Shown: one piece after another, positions 27,001 through 39,500 of the stretch | How positions within the stretch are numbered: the stretch's first letter is position 1 | Layout: each line of letters starts with the position of its first letter | From: Auanema rhodensis | Taxonomy: Eukaryota > Animalia > Nematoda | Length of the DNA stretch: 64,000 nt | Reading direction: 5' to 3' | Assembly: GCA_964057225.1 (NCBI GenBank) | Contig: OZ059898.1 | Location: 19,344,001 to 19,408,000 of the forward strand | The notes under the pieces: model-generated | What the model was told of the DNA's origin: nothing | Database searches by the model: none | Seen by the model: the letters and a program-made list of their open reading frames with translations, nothing else | Position numbers and translations under genes: made by a program

Positions 27001-30000
27001 GATTTTTAAGCTGCGTCGATCTGTGTTATCAGATTTGCGCTAGCTTAAAAATGCACCGAGATATCAACTGATATAAGTTCACACTTATATCCTCGATTTT
27101 CACCCTGAAGAATTATTTTTTTCGTTGAATAACATTGTCCATCGTCTTTGCCTTAAAAAAAGGAATCTAAAAACATCTACTTTTTGCTAAATTATTTTGA
27201 AATTTTTCGAAAAAATTTTTGTCAAAATGTTTTTGGAAGCAATGTTGAGTGTACATGGAAACTCAACATACACTAATGCATCATTTTTCAAACGATCATA
27301 ACAAATTTTTGTATTAAGCGTTTCTCAATGTAGTATAGTGCATTCGATGCGGATTTTTAAGCTGCGTCGATCTGTGTTATCAGATTTGCGCTAGCTTAAA
27401 AATGCACCGAGATATCAACTGATATAAGTTCACACTTATATCCTCGATTTTCACCCTGAAGAATTATTTTTTTCGTTGAATAACATTGTCCATCGTCTTT
27501 GCCTTAAAAAAAGGAATCTAAAAACATCTACTTTTTGCTAAATTATTTTGAAATTTTTCGAAAAAATTTTTGTCAAAATGTTTTTGGAAGCAATGTTGAG
27601 TGAACATGGAAACTCAACATACACTAATGCATCATTTTTCGAACAATCATAACTAATTTTTGTATTAAGCGTTTCTCAATGTAGTATAGTGCATTTGATG
27701 CGGATTTTTAAGCTGCGTCGATCTGTGTTATCAGATTTGCGCTAGCTTAAAAATGCACCGAGATATCAACTGATATAAGTTCACACTTATATCCTCGATT
27801 TTCACCCTGAAGAATTAATTTTTTCGTTGAATAACATTGTCCATCGTCTTTGCCTTGAAAAAAGGAATCTAAAAACATCTACTTTTTGCTAAATTATTTT
27901 GAAATTTTTCGAAAAAATTTTTGTCAAAATGTTTTTGGAAGCAATGTTGAGTGTACATGGAAACTCAACATACACTAATGCATCATTTTTCAAACGATCA
28001 TAACTAATTTTTGTATTAAGCGTTTCTCAATGTAGTATAGTGCATTCGATGCGGATTTTTAAGCTGCGTCGATCTGTGTTATCAGATTTGCGCTAGCTTA
28101 AAAATGCACCGAGATATCAACTGATATAAGTTCACACTTATATCCTCGATTTTCACCCTGAAGAATAATTTTTTTCGTTGAATTACATTGTCCATCGTCT
28201 TTGCCTTGAAAAAAGGAATCTAAAAACATCTACTTTTTGCTAAATTATTTTGAAATTTTTCGAAAAAATTTTTGTCAAAATGTTTTTGGAAGCAATGTTG
28301 AGTGTACATGGAAACTCAACATACACTAATGCATCATTTTTCAAACGATCATAACTAATTTTTGTATTAAGCGTTTCTCAATGTAGTATAGTGCATTCGA
28401 TGCGGATTTTTAAGCTGCGTCGATCTGTGTTATCAGATTTGCGCTAGCTTAAAAATGCACCGAGATATCAACTGATATAAGTTCACACTTATATCCTCGA
28501 TTTTCACCCTGAAGAATTATTTTTTTCGTTGAATAACATTGTCCATCGTCTTTGCCTTGAAAAAAGGAATTTAAAAACATCTACTTTTTGCTAAATTATT
28601 TTGAAATTTTTCGAAAAAATTTTTGTCAAAATGTTTTTGGAAGCAATGTTGAGTGTACATGGAAACTCAACATACACTAATGCATCATTTTTCAAACGAT
28701 CATAACTAATTTTTGTATTAAGCGTTTCTCAATGTAGTATAGTGCATTTGATGCGGATTTTTAAGCTGCGTCGATCTGTGTTATCAGATTTGCGCTAGCT
28801 TAAAAATGCACCGAGATATCAACTGATATAAGTTCACACTTATATCCTCGATTTTCACCCTGAAGAATTATTTTTTTCGTTGAATAACATTGTCCATCGT
28901 CTTTGCCTTGAAAAAAGGAATCTAAAAACATCTACTTTTTGCTAAATTATTTTGAAATTTTTCGAAAAAATTTTTGTCAAAATGTTTTTGGAAGCAATGT
29001 TGAGTGTACATGGAAACTCAACATACACTAATGCATCATTTTTCAAACAATCATAACTAATTTTTGTATTAAGCGTTTCTCAATGTAGTATAGTGCATTC
29101 GATGCGGATTTTTAAGCTGCGTCGATCTGTGTTATCAGATTTGCGCTAGCTTAAAAATGCACCGAGATATCAACTGATATAAGTTCACACTTATATCCTC
29201 GATTTTCACCCTGAAGAATTATTTTTTTCGTTGAATAACATTGTCCATCGTCTTTGCCTTGAAAAAAGGAATCTAAAAACATCTACTTTTTGCTAAATTA
29301 TTTTGAAATTTTTCGAAAAAATTTTTGTCAAAATGTTTTTGGAAGCAATGTTGAGTGTACATGGAAACTCAACATACACTAATGCATCATTTTTCAAACG
29401 ATCATAACTAATTTTTGTATTAAGCGTTTCTCAATGTAGTATAGTGCATTTGATGCGGATTTTTAAGCTGCGTCGATCTGTGTTATCAGATTTGCGCTAG
29501 CTTAAAAATGCACCGAGATATCAACTGATATAAGTTCACACTTATATCCTCGATTTTCACCCTGAAGAATTATTTTTTTCGTTGAATAACATTGTCCATC
29601 GTCTTTGCCTTGAAAAAAGGAATCTAAAAACATCTACTTTTTGCTAAATTATTTTGAAATTTTTTGAAAAAATTTTTGTCAAAATGTTTTTGGAAGCAAT
29701 GTTGAGTGTACATGGAAACTCAACATACACTAATGCATCATTTTTCAAACAATCATAACTAATTTTTGTATCAAGCGTTTCTCAATGTAGTATAGTGCAT
29801 TCGATGCGGATTTTTAAGCTGCGTCGATCTGTGTTATCAGATTTGCGCTAGCTTAAAAATGCACCGAGATATCAACTGATATAAGTTCACACTTATATCC
29901 TCGATTTTCACCCTGAAGAATTATTTTTTTCGTTGAATAACATTGTCCATCGTCTTTGCCTTGAAAAAAGGAATCTAAAAACATCTACTTTTTGCTAAAT

Positions 30001-33000
30001 TATTTTGAAATTTTTCGAAAAAATTTTTGTCAAAATGTTTTTGGAAGCAATGTTGAGTGTACATGGAAACTCAACATACACTAATGCATCATTTTTCAAA
30101 CGATCATAACTAATTTTTGTATTAAGCGTTTCTCAATGTAGTATAGTGCATTCGATGCGGATTTTTAAGCTGCGTCGATCTGTGTTATCAGATTTGCGCT
30201 AGCTTAAAAATGCACCGAGATATCAACTGATATAAGTTCACACTTATATCCTCGATTTTCACCCTGAAGAATAATTTTTTTCGTTGAATAACATTGTCCA
30301 TCGTCTTTGCCTTGAAAAAAGGAATCTAAAAACATCTACTTTTTGCTAAATTATTTTGAAATTTTTCGAAAAAATTTTTGTCAAAATGTTTTTGGAAGCA
30401 ATGTTGAGTGTACATGGAAACTCAACATACACTAATGCATCATTTTTCAAACGATCATAACTAATTTTTGTATTAAGCGTTTCTCAATGTAGTCAAGTGC
30501 ATTCGATGCGGATTTTTAAGCTGCGTCGATCTGTGTTATCAGATTTGCGCTAGCTTAAAAATGCACCGAGATATCAACTGATATAAGTTCACACTTATAT
30601 CCTCGATTTTCACCCTGAAGAATTATTTTTTTCGTTGAATAACATTGTCCATCGTCTTTGCCTTGAAAAAAGGAATTTAAAAACATCTACTTTTTGCTAA
30701 ATTATTTTGAAATTTTTCGAAAAAATTTTTGTCAAAATGTTTTTGGAAGCAATGTTGAGTGTACATGGAAACTCAACATACACTAATGCATCATTTTTCA
30801 AACGATCATAACTAATTTTTGTATTAAGCGTTTCTCAATGTAGTATAGTGCATTTGATGCGGATTTTTAAGCTGCGTCGATCTGTGTTATCAGATTTGCG
30901 CTAGCTTAAAAATGCACCGAGATATCAACTGATATAAGTTCACACTTATATCCTCGATTTTCACCCTGAAGAATTATTTTTTTCGTTGAATAACATTGTC
31001 CATCGTCTTTGCCTTGAAAAAAGGAATCTAAAAACATCTACTTTTTGCTAAATTATTTTGAAATTTTTCGAAAAAATTTTTGTCAAAATGTTTTTGGAAG
31101 CAATGTTGAGTGTACATGGAAACTCAACATACACTAATGCATCATTTTTCAAACAATCATAACTAATTTTTGTATTAAGCGTTTCTCAATGTAGTATAGT
31201 GCATTCGATGCGGATTTTTAAGCTGCGTCGATCTGTGTTATCAGATTTGCGCTAGCTTAAAAATGCACCGAGATATCAACTGATATAAGTTCACACTTAT
31301 ATCCTCGATTTTCACCCTGAAGAATTATTTTTTTCGTTGAATAACATTGTTCATCGTCTTTGCCTTGAAAAAAGGAATCTAAAAACATCTACTTTTTGCT
31401 AAATTATTTTGAAATTTTTCGAAAAAATTTTTGTCAAAATGTTTTTGGAAGCAATGTTGAGTGTACATGGAAACTCAACATACACTAATGCATCATTTTT
31501 CAAACGATCATAACTAATTTTTGTATTAAGCGTTTCTCAATGTAGTATAGTGCATTCGATGCGGATTTTTAAGCTGCGTCGATCTGTGTTATCAGATTTG
31601 CGCTAGCTTAAAAATGCACCGAGATATCAACTGATATAAGTTCACACTTATATCCTCGATTTTCACCCTGAAGAATTATTTTTTTCGTTGAATAACATTG
31701 TCCATCGTCTTTGCCTTGAAAAAAGGAATCTAAAAACATCTACTTTTTGCTAAATTATTTTGAAATTTTTCGAAAAAATTTTTGTCAAAATGTTTTTGGA
31801 AGCAATGTTGAGTGTACATGGAAACTCAACATACACTAATGCATCATTTTTCAAACGATCATAACTAATTTTTGTATTAAGCGTTTCTCAATGTAGTATA
31901 GTGCATTCGATGCGGATTTTTAAGCTGCGTCGATCTGTGTTATCAGATTTGCGCTAGCTTAAAAATGCACCGAGATATCAACTGATATAAGTTCACACTT
32001 ATATCCTCGATTTTCACCCTGAAGAATTATTTTTTTCGTTGAATAACATTGTCCATCGTCTTTGCCTTGAAAAAAGGAATTTAAAAACATCTACTTTTTG
32101 CTAAATTATTTTGAAATTTTTCGAAAAAATTTTTGTCAAAATTTTTTTGGAAGCAATGTTGAGTGTACATGGAAACTCAACATACACTAATGCATCATTT
32201 TTCAAACGATCATAACTAATTTTTGTATTAAGCGTTTCTCAATGTAGTATAGTGCATTCGATGCGGATTTTTAAGCTGCGTCGATCTGTGTTATCAGATT
32301 TGCGCTAGCTTAAAAATGCACCGAGATATCAACTGATATAAGTTCACACTTATATCCTCGATTTTCACCCTGAAGAATAATTTTTTTCGTTGAATAACAT
32401 TGTCCATCGTCTTTGCCTTGAAAAAAGGAATCTAAAAACATCTACTTTTTGCTAAATTATTTTGAAATTTTTCGAAAAAATTTTTGTCAAAATGTTTTTG
32501 GAAGCAATGTTGAGTGTACATGGAAACTCAACATACACTAATGCATCATTTTTCAAACGATCATAACTAATTTTTGTATTAAGCGTTTCTCAATGTAGTA
32601 TAGTGCATTCGATGCGGATTTTTAAGCTGCGTCGATCTGTGTTATCAGATTTGCGCTAGCTTAAAAATGCACCGAGATATCAACTGATATAAGTTCACAC
32701 TTATATCCTCGATTTTCACCCTGAAGAATAATTTTTTTCGTTGAATAACATTGTCCATCGTCTTTGCCTTGAAAAAAGGAATCTAAAAACATCTACTTTT
32801 TGCTAAATTATTTTGAAATTTTTCGAAAAAATTTTTGTCAAAATGTTTTTGGAAGCAATGTTGAGTGTACATGGAAACTCAACATACACTAATGCATCAT
32901 TTTTCAAACGATCATAACTAATTTTTGTATTAAGCGTTTCTCAATGTAGTATAGTGCATTCGATGCGGATTTTTAAGCTGCGTCGATCTGTGTTATCAGA

Positions 33001-36000
33001 TTTGCGCTAGCTTAAAAATGCACCGAGATATCAACTGATATAAGTTCACACTTATATCCTCGATTTTCACCCTGAAGAATTATTTTTTTCGTTGAATAAC
33101 ATTGTCCATCGTCTTTGCCTTGAAAAAAGGAATCTAAAAACATCTACTTTTTGCTAAATTATTTTGAAATTTTTCGAAAAAATTTTTGTCAAAATGTTTT
33201 TGGAAGCAATGTTGAGTGTACATGGAAACTCAACATACACTAATGCATCATTTTTCAAACGATCATAACTAATTTTTGTATTAAGCGTTTCTCAATGTAG
33301 TATAGTGCATTCGATGCGGATTTTTAAGCTGCGTCGATCTGTGTTATCAGATTTGCGCTAGCTTAAAAATGCACCGAGATATCAACTGATATAAGTTCAC
33401 ACTTATATCCTAGATTTTCACCCTGAAGAAATAATTTTTTCGTTGAATAACATTGTCCATCGTCTTTGCCTTAAAAAAAGGAATCTAAAAACATCTACTT
33501 TTTGCTAAATTATTTTGAAGTTTTTCGAAAAAATTTTTGTCAAAATGTTTTTGGAAGCAATGTTGAGTGTACATGGAAACTCAACATACACTAATGCATC
33601 ATTTTTCAAACGATCATAACTAATTTTTGTATTAAGCGTTTCTCAATGTAGTATAGTGCTTTCGATGCGGATTTTTAAGCTGCGTCGATCTGTGTTATCA
33701 GATTTGCGCTAGCTTAAAAATGCACCGAGATATCAACTGATATAAGTTCACACTTATATCCTCGATTTTCACCCTGAAGAATTATTTTTTTCGTTGAATA
33801 ACATTGTCCATCGTCTTTGCCTTGAAAAAAGGAATTTAAAAACATCTACTTTTTGCTAAATTATTTTGAAATTTTTCGAAAAAATTTTTGTCAAAATTTT
33901 TTTGGAAGCAATGTTGAGTGTACATGGAAACTCAACATACACTAATGCATCATTTTTCAAACGATCATAACTAATTTTTGTATTAAGCGTTTCTCAATGT
34001 AGTATAGTGCATTCGATGCGGATTTTTAAGCTGCGTCGATCTGTGTTATCAGATTTGCGCTAGCTTAAAAATGCACCGAGATATCAACTGATATAAGTTC
34101 ACACTTATATCCTCGATTTTCACCCTGAAGAATAATTTTTTTCGTTGAATAACATTGTCCATCGTCTTTGCCTTGAAAAAAGGAATCTAAAAACATCTAC
34201 TTTTTGCTAAATTATTTTGAAATTTTTCGAAAAAATTTTTGTCAAAATGTTTTTGGAAGCAATGTTGAGTGTACATGGAAACTCAACATACACTAATGCA
34301 TCATTTTTCAAACGATCATAACTAATTTTTGTATTAAGCGTTTCTCAATGTAGTATAGTGCATTCGATGCGGATTTTTAAGCTGCGTCGATCTGTGTTAT
34401 CAGATTTGCGCTAGCTTAAAAATGCACCGAGATATCAACTGATATAAGTTCACACTTATATCCTCGATTTTCACCCTGAAGAATTATTTTTTTCGTTGAA
34501 TAACATTGTCCATCGTCTTTGCCTTGAAAAAAGGAATTTAAAAACATCTACTTTTTGCTAAATTATTTTGAAATTTTTCGAAAAAATTTTTGTCAAAATG
34601 TTTTTGGAAGCAATGTTGAGTGTACATGGAAACTCAACATACACTAATGCATCATTTTTCAAACGATCATAACTAATTTTTGTATTAAGCGTTTCTCAAT
34701 GTAGTATAGTGCATTTGATGCGGATTTTTAAGCTGCGTCGATCTGTGTTATCAGATTTGCGCTAGCTTAAAAATGCACCGAGATATCAACTGATATAAGT
34801 TCACACTTATATCCTCGATTTTCACCCTGAAGAATTATTTTTTTCGTTGAATAACATTGTCCATCGTCTTTGCCTTGAAAAAAGGAATCTAAAAACATCT
34901 ACTTTTTGCTAAATTATTTTGAAATTTTTCGAAAAAATTTTTGTCAAAATGTTTTTGGAAGCAATGTTGAGTGTACATGGAAACTCAACATACACTAATG
35001 CATCATTTTTCAAACAATCAAAACTAATTTTTGTATTAAGCGTTTCTCAATGTAGTATAGTGCATTCGATGCGGATTTTTAAGCTGCGTCGATCTGTGTT
35101 ATCAGATTTGCGCTAGCTTAAAAATGCACCGAGATATCAACTGATATAAGTTCACACTTATATCCTCGATTTTCACCCTGAAGAATTATTTTTTTCGTTG
35201 AATAACATTGTCCATCGTCTTTGCCTTGAAAAAAGGAATCTAAAAACATCTACTTTTTGCTAAATTATTTTGAAATTTTTCGAAAAAATTTTTGTCAAAA
35301 TGTTTTTGGAAGCAATGTTGAGTGTACATGGAAACTCAACATACACTAATGCATCATTTTTCAAACGATCATAACTAATTTTTGTATTAAGCGTTTCTCA
35401 ATGTAGTATAGTGCATTCGATGCGGATTTTTAAGCTGCGTCGATCTGTGTTATCAGATTTGCGCTAGCTTAAAAATGCACCGAGATATCAACTGATATAA
35501 GTTCACACTTATATCCTCGATTTTCACCCTGAAGAATTATTTTTTTCGTTGAATAACATTGTCCATCGTCTTTGCCTTGAAAAAAGGAATCTAAAAACAT
35601 CTACTTTTTGCTAAATTATTTTGAAATTTTTCGAAAAAATTTTTGTCAAAATGTTTTTGGAAGCAATGTTGAGTGTACATGGAAACTCAACATACACTAA
35701 TGCATCATTTTTCAAACGATCATAACTAATTTTTGTATTAAGCGTTTCTCAATGTAGTATAGTGCATTCGATGCGGATTTTTAAGCTGCGTCGATCTGTG
35801 TTATCAGATTTGCGCTAGCTTAAAAATGCACCGAGATATCAACTGATATAAGTTCACACTTATATCCTCGATTTTCACCCTGAAGAATTATTTTTTTCGT
35901 TGAATAACATTGTCCATCGTCTTTGCCTTGAAAAAAGGAATCTAAAAACATCTACTTTTTGCTAAATTATTTTGAAATTTTTCGAAAAAATTTTTGTCAA

Positions 36001-36504
36001 AATGTTTTTGGAAGCAATGTTGAGTGTACATGGAAACTCAACATACACTAATGCATCATTTTTCAAACGATCATAACTAATTTTTGTATTAAGCGTTTCT
36101 CAATGTAGTATAGTGCATTCGATGCGGATTTTTAAGCTGCGTCGATCTGTGTTATCAGATTTGCGCTAGCTTAAAAATGCACCGAGATATCAACTGATAT
36201 AAGTTCACACTTATATCCTCGATTTTCACCCTGAAGAATTATTTTTTTCGTTGAATAACATTGTCCATCGTCTTTGCCTTGAAAAAAGGAATCTAAAAAC
36301 ATCTACTTTTTGCTAAATTATTTTGAAATTTTTCGAAAAAATTTTTGTCAAAATGTTTTTGGAAGCAATGTTGAGTGTACATGGAAACTCAACATACACT
36401 AATGCATCATTTTTCAAACAATCATAACTAATTTTTGTATTAAGCGTTTCTCAATGTAGTATAGTGCATTCGATGCGGATTTTTAAGCTGCGTCGATCTG
36501 TGTT
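21061..36504. repeat. Haplotype domain B (M61-M104; B-type monomers reappear up to about 39.7 kb)
   Basis: Most monomers carry p225T (GTGTAC), p263A/p267G (TTCAAACGAT), p318C, p89T and p96C; local markers p140T, p87A, p128A, p276A. Confidence 0.85.
21412..23517. repeat. Alternating dimer (702-bp) run, 3 copies (M62-M67), at the A/B boundary
   Basis: A B-type monomer with p276A (M62, M64, M66) alternates with an A-type monomer carrying p89T/p128A (M63, M65, M67). Confidence 0.85.
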
Positions 36505-39500
36505 ATCAGATTTGCGCTAGCTTAAAAATGCACCGAGATATCAACTGATATAAGTTCACACTTATATCCTCGATTTTCACCCTGAAGAATTATTTTTTTC
36601 GTTGAATAACATTGTCCATCGTCTTTGCCTTGAAAAAAGGAATCTAAAAACATCTACTTTTTGCTAAATTATTTTGAAATTTTTCGAAAAAATTTTTGTG
36701 AAAATGTTTTTGGAAGCAATGTTGAGTGAACATGGAAACTCAACATACACTAATGCATCATTTTTCGAACAATCATAACTAATTTTTGTATTAAGCGTTT
36801 CTCAATGTAGTATAGTGCATTTGATACGGATTTTTAAGCTGCGTCGATCTGTGTTATCAGATTTGCGCTAGCTTAAAAATGCACCGAGATATCAACTGAT
36901 ATAAGTTCACACTTATATCCTAGATTTTCACCCTGAAGAAATAATTGTTTCGTTGAATAACATTGTCCATCGTCTTTGCCTTGAAAAAAGGAATCTAAAA
37001 ACATCTACTTTTTGCTAAATTATTTTGAAATTTTTCGAAAAAATTTTTGTCAAAATGTTTTTGGAAGCAATGTTGAGTGTACATGGAAACTCAACATACA
37101 CTAATGCATCATTTTTCAAACAATCATAACTAATTTTTGTATTAAGCGTTTCTCAATGTAGTATAGTGCATTCGATGCGGATTTTCAAGCTGCATCGATC
37201 TGTTTTATCAGATTTGCGCTAGCTTAAAAATGCACCGAGATATCAACTGATATAAGTTCACACTTATATCCTCGATTTTCACCCTGAAGAAATAATTTTT
37301 TCGTTGAATAACATTGTCCATCGTCTTTGCCTTGAAAAAAGGAATCTAAAAACATCTACTTTTTGCTAAATTATTTTGAAGTTTTTCGAAAAAATTTTTG
37401 TCAAAATGTTTTTGGAAGCAATGTTGAGTGTACATGGAAACTCAAAATACACTAACGCATCATTTTTCAAACGATCATAACTAATTTTTGTATTAAGCGT
37501 TTCTCAATGTAGTATAGTGCATTCGATGCGAATTTTTAAGCTGCGTCGATCTGTGTTATCAGATTTGCGCTAGCTTAAAAATGCGCCGAGATATCAACTG
37601 ATATAAGTTCACACTTATATCCTCGATTTTCACCCTGAAGAATTAATTTTTTCGTTGAATAACATTGTCCATCGTCTTTGCCTTGAAAAAAGGAATTTAA
37701 AAACATCTACTTTTTGCTAAATTATTTTGAAATTTTTCGAAAAAATTTTTGTCAAAATGTTTTTGGAAGCAATGTTGAGTGTACATGGAAACTCAACATA
37801 CACTAATGCATCATTTTTCAAACGATCATAACTAATTTTTGTATTAAGCGTTTCTCAATGTAGTATAGTGCATTTGATGCGGATTTTTAAGCTGCGTCGA
37901 TCTGTGTTATCAGATTTGCGCTAGCTTAAAAATGCACCGAGATATCAACTGATATAAGTTCACACTTATATCCTCGATTTTCACCCTGAAGAATTATTTT
38001 TTTCGTTGAATAACATTGTCCATCGTCTTTGCCTTGAAAAAAGGAATCTAAAAACATCTACTTTTTGCTAAATTATTTTGAAATTTTTCGAAAAAATTTT
38101 TGTCAAAATGTTTTTGGAAGCAATGTTGAGTGTACATGGAAACTCAACATACACTAATGCATCATTTTTCAAACGATCATAACTAATTTTTGTATTAAGC
38201 GTTTCTCAATGTAGTATAGTGCATTCGATGCGGATTTTTAAGCTGCGTCGATCTGTGTTATCAGATTTGCGCTAGCTTAAAAATGCACCGAGATATCAAC
38301 TGATATAAGTTCACACTTATATCCTCGATTTTCACCCTGAAGAATTATTTTTTTCGTTGAATAACATTGTCCATCGTCTTTGCCTTGAAAAAAGGAATCT
38401 AAAAACATCTACTTTTTGCTAAATTATTTTGAAATTTTTCGAAAAAATTTTTGTCAAAATGTTTTTGGAAGCAATGTTGAGTGTACATGGAAACTCAACA
38501 TACACTAATGCATCATTTTTCAAACGATCATAACTAATTTTTGTATTAAGCGTTTCTCAATGTAGTATAGTGCATTCGATGCGGATTTTTAAGCTGCGTC
38601 GATCTGTGTTATCAGATTTGCGCTAGCTTAAAAATGCACCGAGATATCAACTGATATAAGTTCACACTTATATCCTCGATTTTCACCCTGAAGAATTATT
38701 TTTTTCGTTGAATAACATTGTCCATCGTCTTTGCCTTGAAAAAAGGAATCTAAAAACATCTACTTTTTGCTAAATTATTTTGAAATTTTTCGAAAAAATT
38801 TTTGTCAAAATGTTTTTGGAAGCAATGTTGAGTGTACATGGAAACTCAACATACACTAATGCATCATTTTTCAAACGATCATAACTAATTTTTGTATTAA
38901 GCGTTTCTCAATGTAGTATAGTGAATTCGATGCGGATTTTTAAGCTGCGTCGATCTGTGTTATCAGATTTGCGCTAGCTTAAAAATGCACCGAGATATCA
39001 ACTGATATAAGTTCACACTTATATCCTCGATTTTCACCCTGAAGAATTATTTTTTTCGTTGAATAACATTGTCCATCGTCTTTGCCTTGAAAAAAGGAAT
39101 TTAAAAACATCTACTTTTTGCTAAATTATTTTGAAATTTTTCGAAAAAATTTTTGTCAAAATGTTTTTGGAAGCAATGTTGAGTGTACATGGAAACTCAA
39201 CATACACTAATGCATCATTTTTCAAACGATCATAACTAATTTTTGTATTAAGCGTTTCTCAATGTAGTATAGTGCATTCGATGCGGATTTTTAAGCTGCG
39301 TCGATCTGTGTTATCAGATTTGCGCTAGCTTAAAAATGCACCGAGATATCAACTGATATAAGTTCACACTTATATCCTCGATTTTCACCCTGAAGAATTA
39401 TTTTTTTCGTTGAATAACATTGTCCATCGTCTTTGCCTTGAAAAAAGGAATCTAAAAACATCTACTTTTTGCTAAATTATTTTGAAATTTTTCGAAAAAA

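Noticed and set aside
34919-35116. Supplied 65-aa ORF (TTG start)
   Set aside because: It exists only because a private T to A change at 35021 (p272 of M100) removes the TAA present in every other monomer. The same frame has stops at p14, p47 and p161, and there is no recognisable protein motif.
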